This document shows, piece by piece, positions 62,949 to 64,000 of a DNA stretch of 64,000 bases. The notes below the pieces were generated by a model, which saw nothing but the letters and a program-made list of their open reading frames with translations, searched no databases and had not been told where the DNA came from. The translations under genes and the position numbers were made by a program. Position 1 is the stretch's first letter. Each line of letters starts with the position of its first letter. The DNA comes from Verrucomicrobiia bacterium. GTDB taxonomy: Bacteria; Verrucomicrobiota; Verrucomicrobiia; Limisphaerales; UBA11358. The stretch lies in contig DASZXB010000037.1 of the NCBI GenBank assembly GCA_035546095.1, positions 3,598 through 67,597 of the forward strand, read 5' to 3'.

Positions 62949-63578
62949 GTGAAACCGAAAAACCTGTTTCTGGGACTGTGCGTGGCCGTGCTGCTGGTCA
63001 GCGAATTTTTTCTCTTCTCGGCCAACCGGCAAAAGGACGCGGCGTTAAGCGCGTTGCAAGACGCGAAGCAGCAAATCAGCCAATTGCAAAAGGAATTGCA
63101 GCAGGCGACCAATTTCAATGTGACCACCCGCAGCGTGGAATACTCGCGTTTGCGGGCGGAAAATCAGGATTTGCCGCGTTTGCGGGGACAACTTCAGCAA
63201 TTGACGACGGCGAATCAGCAATTGAAACAGCAGTTGGAGGAGGCGCGTGGACAGGCGCAGCAGCAACAACAGCAATTGCAACAGTTGCAGGCGCAAAATC
63301 AGCAACGGGAGCAACAGGCGGAAATGGCAGCGCAGGAGCAATCCGAGACCGAAGAGGAAAATGCCTGCCTCAATAATCTCCGCCAGATTGACGCGGCCAA
63401 GCAACAATGGGCGTTGGAAAATAATAAAACCGCCGACGCCGTTCCGGGTGAGCGGGATCTGTTGCCGTATTTCAAAAATCAGACGTTTCCGGTTTGTCCT
63501 TCGGGCGGCGTTTATTCAATCAACGCGGTCGGTGTTTCCCCGTCTTGTTCCATTCACGGGACATTGCCGTCACAATGA
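62949..63578 (+). CDS. membrane-anchored Gln-rich coiled-coil protein with Cys-containing C-terminal domain
   Basis: GTG start, TM LFLGLCVAVLLVSEFFLF, a long QQLxxL heptad region and a C-terminus of CLNNLRQIDAAKQQWALENNK...VCPSGGVYSI...CSIHG. Confidence 0.6.
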   Translation: MKPKNLFLGLCVAVLLVSEFFLFSANRQKDAALSALQDAKQQISQLQKELQQATNFNVTTRSVEYSRLRAENQDLPRLRGQLQQLTTANQQLKQQLEEARGQAQQQQQQLQQLQAQNQQREQQAEMAAQEQSETEEENACLNNLRQIDAAKQQWALENNKTADAVPGERDLLPYFKNQTFPVCPSGGVYSINAVGVSPSCSIHGTLPSQ

Positions 63579-63657
63579 TTGTAAAAATTTTGACCACCGG
63601 CGATTTGCTGATTTTCATTCTTGGCTTTCGTTGTTTCTCGCGTAAATTGTGCGCTCC

Positions 63658-64000
63658 ATGATTGAGACCGACATCGAACTTTTGAAAGGCATCGCGAATC
63701 AACTGCGAATCCATTCCATTAACGCGACCACCGTGGCGGGCAGCGGACATCCCACCTCGTGCCTCTCGGCGGCGGACCTCGTGGCCACGCTGTTTTTCGG
63801 CCACATGAAATATGACCCGAAAAATCCGCGTTATTACAACAATGACCATTTTATTTTGTCGAAAGGCCACGCCGCGCCGTTGCTTTACGCGGTCTGGGCG
63901 GAAAACGGTTTTCTGCCGATTCCCGAATTGCTGACGCTCCGCCAGCTTAACAGCCCACTTGAAGGTCATCCGACGCCGCGCTTGCCGTTCGTGGATGTCG
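63658..64000 (+). CDS. tkt: transketolase (N-terminal part; runs off the window)
   Basis: Hand translation from ATG 63658 gives [57 protein letters not shown]...[19 protein letters not shown], the canonical TPP-binding N-terminus. There is no stop codon before 64000. Confidence 0.85.
   Translation, partial: MIETDIELLKGIANQLRIHSINATTVAGSGHPTSCLSAADLVATLFFGHMKYDPKNPRYYNNDHFILSKGHAAPLLYAVWAENGFLPIPELLTLRQLNSPLEGHPTPRLPFVDV

Noticed and set aside
63236-63310. CAG/CAA-rich stretch considered as a possible microsatellite.
   Set aside because: It is an irregular mix of Gln, Leu, Ala and Glu codons encoding the heptad coiled coil of the 62949 gene, not a pure tandem repeat.
1-64000. Scanned for CRISPR arrays, rRNA, IS/transposase genes, retron/DGR-type reverse transcriptases and phage structural genes.
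   Set aside because: None were found. The only repeats are short hairpin elements, one 8 nt coding tandem repeat and one intragenic duplication.

Overview
This is a 64 kb chromosomal segment holding about 58 protein-coding genes, one tRNA-Arg(CCG) and no rRNA, CRISPR array, transposase or integrase. The gene content points to a Verrucomicrobiota/PVC-type genome, though that is inference only. It includes a prepilin-like H-X9-DG protein, a giant PATR beta-strand-repeat protein, TAT-signal Gfo/Idh/MocA oxidoreductases, a sigma-70 factor with a long C-terminal extension, and palindromic CACGRAT-type repeats. Housekeeping genes include recA, ruvB, hemL, hppA, feoAB, a DEAD-box helicase, a ClC channel, the start of transketolase, and a carB that encodes only the N-terminal half. 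The main block is a nitrogen-oxide locus at 13.4-29.1 kb. It carries qNOR, a stand-alone cNMP-binding protein, and two tightly packed + strand operons with NirK-cytochrome c, NirV, SCO and a Dnr/NnrR-like Crp/Fnr regulator. These are mixed with four DUF2249 domains, a 12-TM His-bearing membrane protein with a 3x4-helix repeat, DUF59, YwiC-like, DGC-domain and porin genes. Near-identical TTGAC-N4-GTCAA operators lie in front of two of these units. I rate the DUF2249/12-TM/DUF59/YwiC module as the best candidate for an undescribed system. Other candidates are an AT-rich secreted-protein/partner cassette with a divergent XRE gene (11.4-13.5 kb), a DHQS-like plus alkaline-phosphatase-family pair resembling EboD/EboF, an RGG-rich protein gene upstream of the DEAD-box helicase, a frameshifted DUF6883/DUF4926 pair, and several hairpin-repeat families. 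One of those hairpins is read through in frame as a protein linker. All family assignments come from motif recognition by eye; no searches were run.
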